Assembly: GCA_963762925.1 (NCBI GenBank)
Contig: CAVXMP010000007.1
Coordinates: forward strand, 83,992 to 147,991
Reading direction: 5' to 3'
DNA from: an uncultured Acidobacteriota bacterium
Lineage (GTDB): Bacteria > Acidobacteriota > Vicinamibacteria > Vicinamibacterales > UBA2999
DNA: 64,000 bases
Positions 20,193 through 32,128 of the stretch are shown in pieces. Made by a program: the position numbers and the translations under genes. Numbering within the stretch: the first letter of the stretch is position 1; each line of letters starts with the position of its first letter. The notes beneath the pieces are model-generated. The model had not been told where the DNA came from. It worked only from the letters and a program-made list of their open reading frames with translations, and ran no database searches.

Positions 20193-21222
20193 ATGCGTGA
20201 GGTGCTCGTCACAGGCGGCGCCGGTTTCATCGGCAGTAACTTCGTGCGCCACGCGCTGCACCAGCACGCCGATTGGCGCGTGACCACACTCGACAAACTG
20301 ACCTACGCCGGGCGGCGCGAGAATCTCCACGATGTGATGGACCATCCGCGGCACCTCTTCGTGCACGGCGATATCTGCGACGCAGTGTCGCCGCGCCTCT
20401 CGTCGAGCAATCGAACATCGTCGTCCATTTCGCCGCCGAGACGCACGTCGATCGCTCGTTCATGGCCGCCGGGGTGTTCCTCAGGACCGACATCGAAGGG
20501 ACGTTCGTCCTGCTCGAGGCGGCCCGGCGTGCCAAAGCCAGCTCGAGCGATTCGTGCAGATTTCGACCGACGAAGTTTACGGCAGCGTCGCGAGAGGCGA
20601 GAGCAAGGAGACCGACGAACTGCGTCCGGCGAACCCATATTCCGCGAGCAAGTGCGGCGCCGACCGGCTGGCCTACAGTTATTTCGCTACCTACAACGTG
20701 CCTGTGGTCGTCACGCGGGCGTCCGAACAATTACGGCCCGTATCAGTTCCCGGAGAAAATTATTCCTCTCTTCGTCACCAATCTTCTCGACAACATTCCG
20801 GTGCCACTCTACGGCGACGGCGGCAACGTGCGCGACTGGCTGCACGTGCTCGATCACTGCCGCGCGCTCGACTGCGTGATCGAGCGCGGCACGAACGGTG
20901 AGGTGTACAACATCGGCGGCGGCAACGAGGTGAAAAATGTCGATTTGACCCACCAAATCCTGGAACTCCTTCAGAAGCCCACGTCGCTCATCACACCGGT
21001 GCAGGACCGGCAAGGTCACGATCGCCGCTATGCGCTCGACACCACCAAGCTGCGCGCGCTTGGCTGGCACACGCTGGAGTCCTTCGGCGAAGCATTAGCG
21101 GAAACCGTCGATGGTACCGCGAGAACGAGTGGTGGTGGCGGCCGATCAAAGAACGGAATCCCGCGTTCACTGCCTATTACGACGCGCAATACGGTGGACG
21201 GGCACGAGCCCGGGACCTGTAG
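20193..21222 (+). pseudogene. rmlB: dTDP-glucose 4,6-dehydratase, at least 4 frameshifts as sequenced
   Basis: VLVTGGAGFIGSNF, VVHFAAETHVDRS, QISTDEVYG, PYSASKCGADRL (YxxxK), NNYGPYQFPEKIIPLF and WYRENEWWWRPIK are found in alternating frames. Shifts near 20388, 20540, 20725 and 21115. Confidence 0.88.
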
Positions 21223-21237
21223 CCGTCGCGACCTGAC

Positions 21238-22190
21238 ATGTCCCGCCCTGTCCTCGTTACCGGCGCCGCCGGGTTCGCCGGCGGCCATCTGCTTGAACAG
21301 CTGGAGCGTGACAGGGAGCCGATGGTCGCCTGGAGCCGAAGGCGCTGCCGGCGTCGCCGAACGGTGTGCGCTGGATGCGGGTCGACCTGCTCGATCGATT
21401 CGGCGGTGGCACGGGCGCTCGAGGAGGTCGACGCCGCGGCCGTCTATCACCTGGCCGGCTCGGCACACGTCGCACAGTCGTGGCACGATACCTTTGGCAC
21501 CTTCCAAGGCAACGTGCTCGCCACGCATCATCTGTTCGAAGGCCTGCGCGGCAATCAGGCCAGGCCCCGCGTCCTGGTCGCCTGCAGCGCCTACGTGTAC
21601 GCACCGCAACCGCGGCCGATTCGGGAAAACGATGAAGTCCGGCCGGCGAGCCCGTACGCGACAAGCAAGCTCGCGGTTGAAATGTTGGCGGAGCGGGCGT
21701 GGCAGGAAGACGGTATTCCTGTGATCATCGCGCGCGCCTTCAATCACATCGGACCGCGACAGGATCCGTCCTTTGTGGCGGCAAGCATCGCGCGCCAGAT
21801 CGCGCTGATCGAAGCCGGCCGGTTCGAGCCCGTGCTCACGCTCGGCAATCTCGAGCCGAAGCGAGACCTGACGGACGTGCGCGACACCGTTCGGGCCTAC
21901 ACGGCGCTGCTGGATCGCGGCGAGCCCGGGCAGCCGTACAACGTGTGTTCCGGCCGCGCGATCGCCGTCGGCGAGCTCGTCACGCGCTGGTCACTCGCGC
22001 GCGGAAACAAGTGCGCATCGAGCAGGATCCGCTCGCTTTCGGCCAAACGATCCTCCGCTCCTGGTCGGCGACCACAGCCGCATCACCGCGGAGACCGGCT
22101 GGACTCCCGTATTCCCTTCGAGCAGACCGTTCACGATCTCCTCCATTACTGGCGGGCCACATCCACACGGTGTCGTGCGGCGACGGTGAC
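21238..22190 (+). pseudogene. NAD-dependent sugar epimerase/dehydratase (GDP-mannose dehydratase / Rmd-reductase-like), at least 5 frameshifts
   Basis: VLVTGAAGFAGGHL, RWMRVDLLDR, SPYATSKLAVE (YxxxK), RAFNHIGPRQ, VRIEQDPLAF, RPNDPPLLVGDHSRITAETGWTP and FEQTVHDLLHYWR are spread over all three frames. The 3' end is uncertain. Confidence 0.75.
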
Positions 22191-22226
22191 GCTATTCCGA
22201 CTCGCCGTCAAATCGTCCACGCGGCC

Positions 22227-22765
22227 ATGGCGGTTGCGGTGCTCTTGTAGCTCAGTGGCCGGAAGCCGCCGCGCTCGCCATCGCGGCACTGGCCTTCAAC
22301 GCGTTCGCCTTACCGAGGGTTGCGCCGGGGATCATGCGCGAGACCGACGCGCCCGGAGCAAGGAGCGGCATCCTCTTATACCCGTCTCCGTGCTCGCGCT
22401 GGTCCTCACCTTCCGGGAAAGACTCGACATTGTTGCTGGAGCCTGGGCCATCATGGCATTCGGCGACGGCTTCGCGACGGTGGCGGGTACCACGATGAAT
22501 GGCGCGCGGTTGCCGTGGAATCCACGTAAGTCGTGGAATGGACTGCTGGCGTTTGTCGTGGCAGGGTCAGTCGGCGGCGTCGCGCTGATGATGTGGGTTG
22601 CACCGGCGATTTCGCCGATGCCGGCACACGCCTTCGTGGTCGTTGCGCCGATCGTCGCGGCCATCGTCGCGGGGTTCGTCGAGACGATTCCCATTCGGCT
22701 CGACGACAACATCTCGGTGCCCGCAACCGCCGGCGCCGTCCTGTGGTTAGCGGGACAGGTTGATC
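22227..22765 (+). pseudogene. CTP-dependent polyprenol kinase family membrane protein (dolichol/phytol kinase VTE5-like), frameshifted
   Basis: MAVAVLL..AQWPEAAALAIAALAFNAF... and the catalytic-block-like AIMAFGDGFATVAGTTMNGARLPWNPRKSWNGLLAFVVAGSVGG. At least 2 frame changes (about 22246 and 22385). May be fused to the next gene. Confidence 0.55.
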
Positions 22766-23571
22766 AAGCCGCGCTCGCGGTGGCGCGACGTGCTGGGCGG
22801 CGTCGTCGTCAGCCTGCCGGTTGCCCTTATGGCGTGGCGCGCCGGTGCGGTGACGCGGGGTGGCGCAGACCGCGGGGTTTATTTGCGCGGTGCTCGTATA
22901 CCTCGGTGGCTATCCTCGCGGGACATCGCCGTGTTGGGTGTCGCGCTCATCCTGACGATTGCGGCGTCGCGGATGGGCCGCGCCGCAAACAGGCATTGCG
23001 ATTGCGGAGGAACGAACGGGCAGCGCGGCACGGGAACGTCGTCGCCAATTGTGGCGTGGGGCGATCGCCGGTGTGATGCCGCGCTGTCGAGCGAATGGTC
23101 GGGCGAGGCGGGCGCCGCTGATGGTCGTCGCAGCGATCGCCGCCGGCGCAAGCGACACGGTGGCGAGTGAGATCGGCAAAGCGTATGGTGGTCAACCACG
23201 AGCCTTTCCGACGTTTCGGCGGCGCCGGCAGGAACGCCCGGTGCCGTCAGCATCGTTGGAACACTCTCAGGGATGGCTGCCGCCGCGCTCATCGCCTGGC
23301 CCGCATTCGTGCTATGGCTGCTACCCGGTGGATCGTCTGCCGCTCATCGTGGCCGCGTGCACGCTCGGGGCGTTCGCCGAAAGCGCACTGGCATCGAAGT
23401 TCGAGCCGGCCGGGTATCCTCGACAACAACACGCTGAATTTTCTGAACACCGCAGCGGCGGCGGCTGCGGCCGTGTGGTGGATCGCTCGCTGGACGGGAC
23501 ACTCTTCGCGCACGTTCCAGTTGCGCGGTACACCGTCAGAGCCATTGACAGGCGAACAAAAAGCGAAATAA
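22760..23571 (+). pseudogene. DUF92 (TMEM19 / VTE6-like) integral membrane protein, many frameshifts
   Basis: Pieces AWRAGAVTRGGA, NVVANCGVGAIAG, AAIAAGASDTVASEIGKAYGG, PAGTPGAVSIVGTLSGMAAAALIA, ACTLGAFAESALAS and NNTLNFLNTAAAAAAAVWW match the DUF92 consensus but sit in alternating frames (at least 8 shifts). Confidence 0.6.
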
Positions 23572-24546
23572 TGAGACTGGGACGTTTTCCCGTGGAAGAA
23601 ACACCGCTTTTGTTTGACCTCGGTCCGCGCCTGCATGACGACGCGCGACGTCGCGCGTCGGTAAAGGAGGGCGGTGCCGCGGCGCTCACCGAGGCCGAGC
23701 GCCGCGCCGACCAGGCCTCCTACCAGGAGATTCGCTGCCGCTCCGCGCTCAACAGCGTCAAAGGCATGCCGTTCAACTGGACGCTCAACCCGTACCGCGG
23801 CTGCACGCACGGCTGTCACTACTGCTTCGCGCGCAGGTACCAGGAACAGTTGGAAATGGGCGCGGGCGACGAGTTCGCTTCAGTCATTTTCGTCAAGGTC
23901 AACTTCGTCGACGTGTTGCGCAAGGAACTCGACCATCCGAAATGGACACGCGAGCAGGCCGCGCTCGGCACGGCGACCGATCCGTACCAACCGATCGAAG
24001 GACACTACAAGCTGTCGCGCCGGACACTTCAGGCGCTCGTTGACGGCAAGACGCCCGTGGGCATCGTGACCAAGGGCCCCATGATCGTGCGCGACATCGA
24101 TGTCCTTCAGGACCTTGGCAAGGTCGCGGGGGCGACCGTCTACCTCAGCGTGCCGACAACCGACGACTTCGCGTGGCGCACGCTGGAGCCCGGCACCGCG
24201 TCGCCCTTGCAGCGTCTGCGCGCGGTGCGAGCGCTCGTCGACGCCGGCATCGAGGCCGGCGTGCTCATGAATCCGCTGGTGCCAGGTTTCTCAACCGCGC
24301 CTGCAAAACTCGAAGCCACCGTCAAGGCGATCGCGGATCACGGAGCGCGCTTCGTCGGCTCGAACCCGATGTTCCTCGAAGGCGGCACGCGCGATCACTT
24401 CATGCGCTTTCTGCAGCAGGAGTTTCCGGCGATGGTCGAACACTACGATCAGTCTGTACGCCGCCAAGTATCTGCCAAGGGATTATCGCGACCGCGTGCA
24501 GAAGACCGTTGCGCATGTTGAAAACGCGCTACGGACTGGGGAATAG
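23571..24546 (+). pseudogene. Rv2578c-type radical SAM protein, one frameshift near the 3' end
   Basis: YRGCTHGCHYCFAR (CxxxCxxC). The ATG overlaps the DUF92 stop (TAATG). After ...VEHYDQ the frame changes (about 24460) and continues LYAAKYLPKDYRDRVQKTVAHVENALRTGE to TAG 24544-24546. Confidence 0.8.
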
Positions 24547-24639
24547 GAAGCGGGGAGACGAGGACAACAACCCACCCAAGGCGCCGGCCTCAGCATGTAT
24601 CACTGAGCGCCAGACGTCCCAGGGCGAGCTGCGCTGGAG

Positions 24640-26938
24640 CTAGGCCGTGCCCGCGACGGGCATTGCCTCTGCCGCCGAGTTGCCGACCGCCGCAGTGACG
24701 ACAATTTCGCCGTTCACGACGTCGACGGAGAACCCCTCGGCAGTGCCCCAGATCTGGCTGAGCGGAATCTTGATGCGGTCGTCAATCACACGCTTGAGAA
24801 AGCGCGCCCCATACGCGACGCTGTGTCCTTCGCGAACCAGCGCGGCGATAGCGAGCGGCGAAATCGTGAGCGCCTTGCCGCGTGCCAGCGCCGTTGCGCA
24901 CAGCCGATCGAGCTGAATCTCGGCGATACGCGCCGCTTCGTCGGTCGTCAGCGGCGAGAACACAATCACTTCGTCCAGCCGGTTGCGGAACTCCGGTGTG
25001 AACCGGCGCTCGAGCTCACGGATCACGTCGCCGCGCACGTCTTCGATGCGAACTTGCCTGATCACGGAACCCAAGCGGACTCGATAGCTTGCGGAAGTGC
25101 TCGGCGCCGAGATTGGACGTCATGATCACGACCGCGTCGCTCAGGTAGGCGCGGCGGCCGCGTCCATCGGTCAGCCAACCTTCATCGAAGGCCTGCAGGA
25201 ACAAGTTGAGGATCGACGGATTCGCTTTCTCGATTTCGTCGAGCAGCACCACCGAGTACGGATTGTCGCGGAGCTGGTTGGTGAGAATGCCTCCGCGTTC
25301 GGATCCGACAATGCCGCGCGGCATGCCAATCAGCTTTTCGACAGCGGCAGTCCCTTCCTGGAACTCCGACATGTCGATGCGGATCATCTTCTTGTCGTCG
25401 CCGAAGAGAAACTCCGCGAGTGCTTTGGCCAGCTCCGTCTTGCCCACGCCGGTCGGTCCGAGGAACAGCAGGACACCGTCGGGACGGTCGAAGCCATCTT
25501 TCAGCGGACCCTTGTTGAGGACCATGCGTCGCGCCAGGGCGCGAATCGCTTCGCGCTGGCCGATAACCCGCCGCCCGAGGTCTTCTTCGAGTTCGCGGAA
25601 GCGCGCCCCGACGTCGCGAAAGACCATATCCTGCGGAATCCGCGCGTCGTCGGCGACAACCGCGACGACATCAGCCGCTTCCACCTTCGGTCGCTTGCCG
25701 ATTTCCGCCCGGACCGATGCCGTATCGAGCCAGCCGATCGCCTTGTCGGGAAGACGGAGGTGCCGCTGATAACGGGCGGACAGGGTCAATGCCATGTCGA
25801 TGGCATCGTCTTGAATCTGGACGGAATAGTTCTGCTCGAATCGCGGACGGAGCCGCTGGAGGATCGTGCGCGCCTCGGCCAGCGCCGGCTCGGGAATCGA
25901 GACGACGCGGAAGCGGCGTGCAAGTGCTTCGTCTTCCGCGATGTGCTGCTTGTACTCGCTGCGCGTCGTGGCGCCGATGATTCGCACCTCGCCGCGTGCG
26001 AGCACCGACTTGAACACGTTGGCGGCATCCGAGGGTGCGCCCAGGGCCGAGCCCGCGCCGACCATGGTGTGCGCTTCGTCGATGAACAGCAGGTAATTCG
26101 GGCGCTCACGCACTTCTCGCAGCACGTTCTGAATGCGATCCTCGAACATGCCGCGCAGCATGGTGCCGGCAACGAGCGCGTTCATCTGCAGGTTGAGCAC
26201 TTGACAGTCGCGAAGCTGCGCCGGCACGCTGTTTGGCTCGAGCTCGATACGTCTTGCCAGGGCTTCGGCGACGGCCGTTTTACCCACGCCGGGCTCACCA
26301 AGCAGCATCACCGAGTTGGCGCGCTCACGGTGGCAGAGGATCTCGAGAATTTGCTGCAGCTCAGTCTCGCGGCCGAACACCGGCGGCAGCTTGTCCTGGC
26401 GCGCGAGCAGATTGAGATTGACGGCAAACTGGCGGAGGAATGGCGGCAGCTCGTAGCGTTTGCGTAACTTCTCGTCTCGAAGTTCGACGTCGCGGACCAC
26501 CGTGAGAAGCCGCGCGATGACCGTGACGCCGTCCGTCCCATAACGCTTGAGGACCAGGACGGGCCCGCTCTGGTGTTCTTCGAGGATGGAGACGAAGAGA
26601 TCAAACGATTCCGCCTGTTCACGACCGGCATTGACCGCCGACTGTATCGAGCGGCGAAGCAATTCCTGGGTGAGCTCGGTCGCGCGTAGGGTGCCCGTGG
26701 CAAGCTGCGGCACTGTCTGGAGACCGGCGGCGACGCTATTGAGCACGTCATCCGGGTTCACATTGAGATCCCGCATGATCCGTGCGTACAGGGTCCACTC
26801 GACCTGAGCAAACGCGATAAACAGGTGTTCGCTGGTCAGCAAATCCTGGCCGCGCCGACGCGCTTCGTCTTCGGCGCGTGTAATCACTCGCTGGGCGGCG
26901 TCGGTCAGTTTCGAGAGGTCGAGTTCAAGATTTTCCAC
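24640..26938 (-). pseudogene. ClpA/ClpC-type AAA+ chaperone (Clp_N + two AAA modules), one frameshift
   Basis: Clp_N repeats, D1 LLGEPGVGKTAVAE, D2 FLGPTGVGKTELAK, and a PLGF loop. The 640-aa and 144-aa track ORFs join near 25060-25075. GTG start. Confidence 0.88.
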
Positions 26939-27240
26939 CGGTTCGCAGAACTCCTTGTGCGTGTTTCGGTACTGAACCGTAGAGCAATTCCGGGGCCAAC
27001 CCCGACAATGGCCAACCTACGCGTTATCAACGACTTGAACGGCCCAAGGGCGGTGGATTTCCTGCGGACCGTTGTGTCGAGGTTACAGAAGTGTAATGAC
27101 CAGGTACCAAAATTGCGCGCTCTTGGACGCCGTGCAGTCGCGGGCAATTGCGTCGCGGGCCTGCCACGGATTGGCACTCGCAACCGTGAGACCGGACACG
27201 TTTTGCGCGGGTCATGTGCCAAAGCAAGCACCCCCGCGGC

Positions 27241-28398
27241 CTACGACACCGCGCCGTCGCCGGTAAGTTTCGCCAGGAGCACGGCCAGCAGCGCCGCGCG
27301 CGGCACCAGTTCGGGGATGAGGACGTGCTCGTGCAGCGCATGCGCACCGTCGCCCAACGCGCCAAGGCCGTCGAGGGTGGGAATGCCGAGCGCCGCGCAG
27401 AAGTTCCCGTCTGACCCGCCGCCAGTGCTTCCTTCGGTGATATCCAGATTGAGGTCGTGCCCGGCCGCCCGCGCAAGCTCGAAGAGGCGGGCGACTCCGG
27501 GCGTGCGTTCCATCGGCGGCCGGCCAAATCCGCCTGAAATTTCCAGTCGCGTGCCTTTGAGGTGCGGCGTCAGCCCGCGGATCGCCGTATCTATACGCTT
27601 GGCATCGGCGGCGGTTGGCGCCCGAGCGTCAATGCGCCCGCGGGCATGCTCGGCGACGACGTTGGTGCGCGTGCCCCCGCTCACAAGACCGACGTTGACC
27701 GACACGCCGCGTTCGAGATCCTGCAGCGTCTCGATCGCGAGAATCTGACGCGCAAGCTCGCCAATCGCGCTGGCGCCCTTCCCAGGATCGACTCCCGCAT
27801 GCGCGGGCACGCCGTGCACGATGAGGTCGTAATCGCCGCATCCTTTGCGGCGCGTCTTCAGCGCGCCGCCGGGTAGCGCGGGCTCGAGGACGAGGACCGC
27901 CTCGCTGCGTGCGGCCTCGGTTTCAAGCAGCGCCCGCGACGTCGCGCTGCCGGTCTCTTCGTCCGTGGTCCAGAGCATCACGATGCGAGCATCTTGCGGC
28001 GGCGCGCATGCGAGCAGCGCGCGCGTGGCCAACATGCCCAACGCAATGCCGGCCTTCATGTCGAATGTGCCGGGGCCCGTCAGTCGATCGCCATTCCGGC
28101 GCAGCGGCATGCGCTCGAGCTGGCCAACATTCCAGACCGTGTCGAAGTGGCCAAGGAGCATCACCTGACGGGCGCCGCTGCCAAATTGGGCGCGCAGGTG
28201 ATCACCTGCGGCCGTTGCACGAATCGGCGTCACCTGTGCACCAAGCGCGGTGAGACGCCCCGCGAGTTCCTCCCCGCAGCGATCGACAGCGGCTTTGTCG
28301 TCGGTAGGCGACTCGATGCGGACAAGCGACTCGATCGTGTCGAGCAGCCATGGCTCCTGCGACGCGCAAAAATCACGGAGTTCGGCGGCACGTGTCAT
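27241..28398 (-). CDS. M20 family metallopeptidase (carboxypeptidase G2 / acetylornithine deacetylase-like)
   Basis: 385 aa. HFDTVW, TTDEETGS and a dimerisation insert typical of M20/M25/M40. Confidence 0.85.
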   Translation of the reverse strand: MTRAAELRDFCASQEPWLLDTIESLVRIESPTDDKAAVDRCGEELAGRLTALGAQVTPIRATAAGDHLRAQFGSGARQVMLLGHFDTVWNVGQLERMPLRRNGDRLTGPGTFDMKAGIALGMLATRALLACAPPQDARIVMLWTTDEETGSATSRALLETEAARSEAVLVLEPALPGGALKTRRKGCGDYDLIVHGVPAHAGVDPGKGASAIGELARQILAIETLQDLERGVSVNVGLVSGGTRTNVVAEHARGRIDARAPTAADAKRIDTAIRGLTPHLKGTRLEISGGFGRPPMERTPGVARLFELARAAGHDLNLDITEGSTGGGSDGNFCAALGIPTLDGLGALGDGAHALHEHVLIPELVPRAALLAVLLAKLTGDGAVS

Positions 28399-28421
28399 AG
28401 AGGCGGTTCTATAATAATTTC

Positions 28422-28967
28422 GTGCGCCACCGGCAGTTCGCCGCTCTTTTCGTCGGTTTGATCACCTTGACGGCCTGGCTTGCGGCACAAACGCCGCAGC
28501 CGTTTCCGAAACCAGTGCAAACACCCGCGCGTCCGTCGGCGCCGCAGCCGGCGGTGCCAACGACCGGAGCGCCGCGTCCGTCACAGGGCAACCCGAGTGA
28601 CGCGCCAAATCAGGAAACCTTGGGAGTGCCGATTTATCCCGGCGCTCAGTTCATCGCCTCCTACGACGCCGGGCGCGGGCAACGCTTCTACCTGTTCGGC
28701 GTCGCCTCGCCGTTTGCCGAGATGGTGCTGTATTACCGGACGGCGCTCAAACAGAAGGGGGAGGAGCTCTTTGCATCGCCGCCGACGCATCAATTCGAGA
28801 TCGGACGTTATCGCGAAGAGACGATGGCGTTTCACCCCAGCGTGACGATCAAGGACTATACGTGGGGAGGCTCGGCTGGCTATCCGAACCCCAAACGCGG
28901 CGTGCAACCGGAGCGCTTTCCGACGCTGATTCAGGTTGTCCCCGTACCGCCAGGGGCAGAGCCCTAA
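28422..28967 (+). CDS. secreted hypothetical protein (signal peptide, Pro-rich linker, ~110-aa globular domain)
   Basis: MRHRQFAALFVGLITLTAWLAAQ signal, then a PQP/PAP-rich stretch. No family recognised. GTG start 6 nt after a TATAAT. Confidence 0.6.
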   Translation: MRHRQFAALFVGLITLTAWLAAQTPQPFPKPVQTPARPSAPQPAVPTTGAPRPSQGNPSDAPNQETLGVPIYPGAQFIASYDAGRGQRFYLFGVASPFAEMVLYYRTALKQKGEELFASPPTHQFEIGRYREETMAFHPSVTIKDYTWGGSAGYPNPKRGVQPERFPTLIQVVPVPPGAEP

Positions 28968-29009
28968 ATTTGGCGATATGGAAAATCCCAAATCTCCATA
29001 TCGCCAAAT

Positions 29010-29010
<1 letters not shown>
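28967..29010. terminator. bidirectional terminator hairpin shared by convergent genes
   Basis: Perfect 16-bp stem AATTTGGCGATATGGA / TCCATATCGCCAAATT with a 12-nt loop. It overlaps the TAA of 28422..28967 and the stop of thiC. AT-rich against a GC-rich background. Confidence 0.7.
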
Positions 29011-30712
<1,702 letters not shown>

Positions 30713-30746
30713 GCCTCATCATACACGCGGCGGGGCGCCATCTCGC

Positions 30747-30830
30747 TCAGGTGTCAGGTGTCAGGTGTCAGGTTGCGTTTCGCAATCGGCGTAATTACTG
30801 ACACCTGATCCCTGATACCTGGCACCTAGG
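30747..30830. repeat. hairpin element: (CAGGTGT)x3 arm, AATTACGCCGATTG core, complementary CTGACACCTGAT.. arm
   Basis: TCAGGTGTCAGGTGTCAGGTGTCAGG ... CGCAATCGGCGTAATTA ... CTGACACCTGATCCCTGATACCTGGCACC. Located downstream of the rlmI stop and upstream of the thiC riboswitch. Confidence 0.8.
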
Positions 30831-30896
30831 CTAGGTTGCGAGTTACACACGCCGCAGAGGAGCGAGGCTGCCACACTCCTAGGCTCAAGTTAAAGG

Positions 30897-32060
30897 TCAG
30901 GCGAGCCGGCGCAGAATGAAGCACTTCAAATAATACGTTTCCGGCACACCGAGCAGCACGGGATGATCGCGGCCCTGCATGCGCTTCTCCACCACCGTAA
31001 CCGGCACGTGGCTATCGACTGACGCTTCGTGGATGATTTCCGCGAAGGTCGCTTCGTTGACGTTGTACGAGCAACTGCAGGTGATCAGATACCCGCCTCG
31101 ATTCAGCAGGCGCAGCGCCCGCAGGTTGATGTCCTTGTAGCCGGCCAGCGCTTTGGGAATCGACGCTTTGTTTTTGGCGAACGCGGGCGGATCGAGCACG
31201 ATGGTGTCGAAGCGATCTCCCGATTTCTCCAGCACCCGAAGCTCGTCGAACACATTGGCCTCGCGCGCGTCAAGGTTCGTGAGCGCGTTGCGGCTGGCAT
31301 TTTTCACGATATGGGCGACCGCATCGGCCGAGCTGTCGATCGCTTCTACTCGCTCCGCATGACGCGCCAACCGGAGCGCGAAGCCGCCGTTGTAGCTGAA
31401 GCAGTCGAGCACGCGGCCGCGCGCATAAAGCGAGGCGGCCTCACGATTCTCACGCTGATCGAGGAAGAGACCGGTCTTCTGGCCCTTCCACGGGTCGACT
31501 TCGTATTCCACCGGCCCCTCGCGCGCGGTGATGTGCTCAGGGACGTCGCCGTGAAGCACGGCGACGCGCTGCTCCAAGCCTTCGAGCACGCGCACGCGAG
31601 GATCATTACGCGCCAGCACGCCGCGCGCGCCGGTGAGTTCCACGAGGATTGGCACGAGCGTCGGGAGCAGTCGATCGGTCGACTGCGCAAGCGCCTGAAC
31701 CACGAGGTAATCACCGTAGCGATCGACGATGAACGAAGGGATGAGATCGGCTTCGGCGTGAACCAGGCGATACGCCGATGCGTCAATCTTCAGCGACTCG
31801 CGAAACGCGATCGCCGCCTGCAACCGCGCGCGCCAGAACGCGGCGTCGACGCCGACCTCGCCGCGTGCGATCAGGCGGAGCGTAATTTGCGATTGATCGC
31901 TGAAGAAGGCACGCCCCAACACCCGCTGCCGCTGGTTGCGGACTTCCACGATATCGCCGGGTGCGGCAGCGACGTCGGCGATGTCGCTGCGGTAGATCCA
32001 GGGGTGCGCGCGTTTGACGCGTTCTTCACCGCGCGCCGTGACCGTCGCCGTCGGAGTCAT
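30897..32060 (-). CDS. rlmI: class I SAM-dependent rRNA (cytosine-C5) methyltransferase, RlmI-like (PUA + MTase)
   Basis: 387 aa. PUA-like N-terminus, VLDCFSYNGGFAL and IVLDPPAFAK methyltransferase motifs. Confidence 0.8.
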   Translation of the reverse strand: MTPTATVTARGEERVKRAHPWIYRSDIADVAAAPGDIVEVRNQRQRVLGRAFFSDQSQITLRLIARGEVGVDAAFWRARLQAAIAFRESLKIDASAYRLVHAEADLIPSFIVDRYGDYLVVQALAQSTDRLLPTLVPILVELTGARGVLARNDPRVRVLEGLEQRVAVLHGDVPEHITAREGPVEYEVDPWKGQKTGLFLDQRENREAASLYARGRVLDCFSYNGGFALRLARHAERVEAIDSSADAVAHIVKNASRNALTNLDAREANVFDELRVLEKSGDRFDTIVLDPPAFAKNKASIPKALAGYKDINLRALRLLNRGGYLITCSCSYNVNEATFAEIIHEASVDSHVPVTVVEKRMQGRDHPVLLGVPETYYLKCFILRRLA

Positions 32061-32128
32061 GAACTCGCTAGTTTACGTCCGCCCCGAGCGCGGCGCAGCC
32101 AACAACGGCGAAAGTCTCAGCATGGGCT

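Noticed and set aside
21238-23076. 612-aa ORF as a genuine epimerase-membrane protein fusion (and 22959..24521 as a 520-aa protein)
   Set aside because: Both are chimeras created by frameshifts. Conserved segments of four different gene families alternate between frames, and large parts of these ORFs translate to Arg/Pro-rich nonsense.
20193-23571. Programmed ribosomal frameshifting or transcriptional slippage as an explanation for the split genes
   Set aside because: There are too many events per gene (up to 8), in both directions, and I could see no recurring slippery heptamer or downstream stimulator. Consensus indel error is the simpler explanation.
26939-27240. Heat-shock regulatory element (CIRCE, sigma32-type promoter) upstream of the Clp ATPase gene
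   Set aside because: No TTAGCACTC-N9-GAGTGCTAA inverted repeat or CTTGAAA/CCCCAT pair is present. There are only weak -35/-10 candidates.
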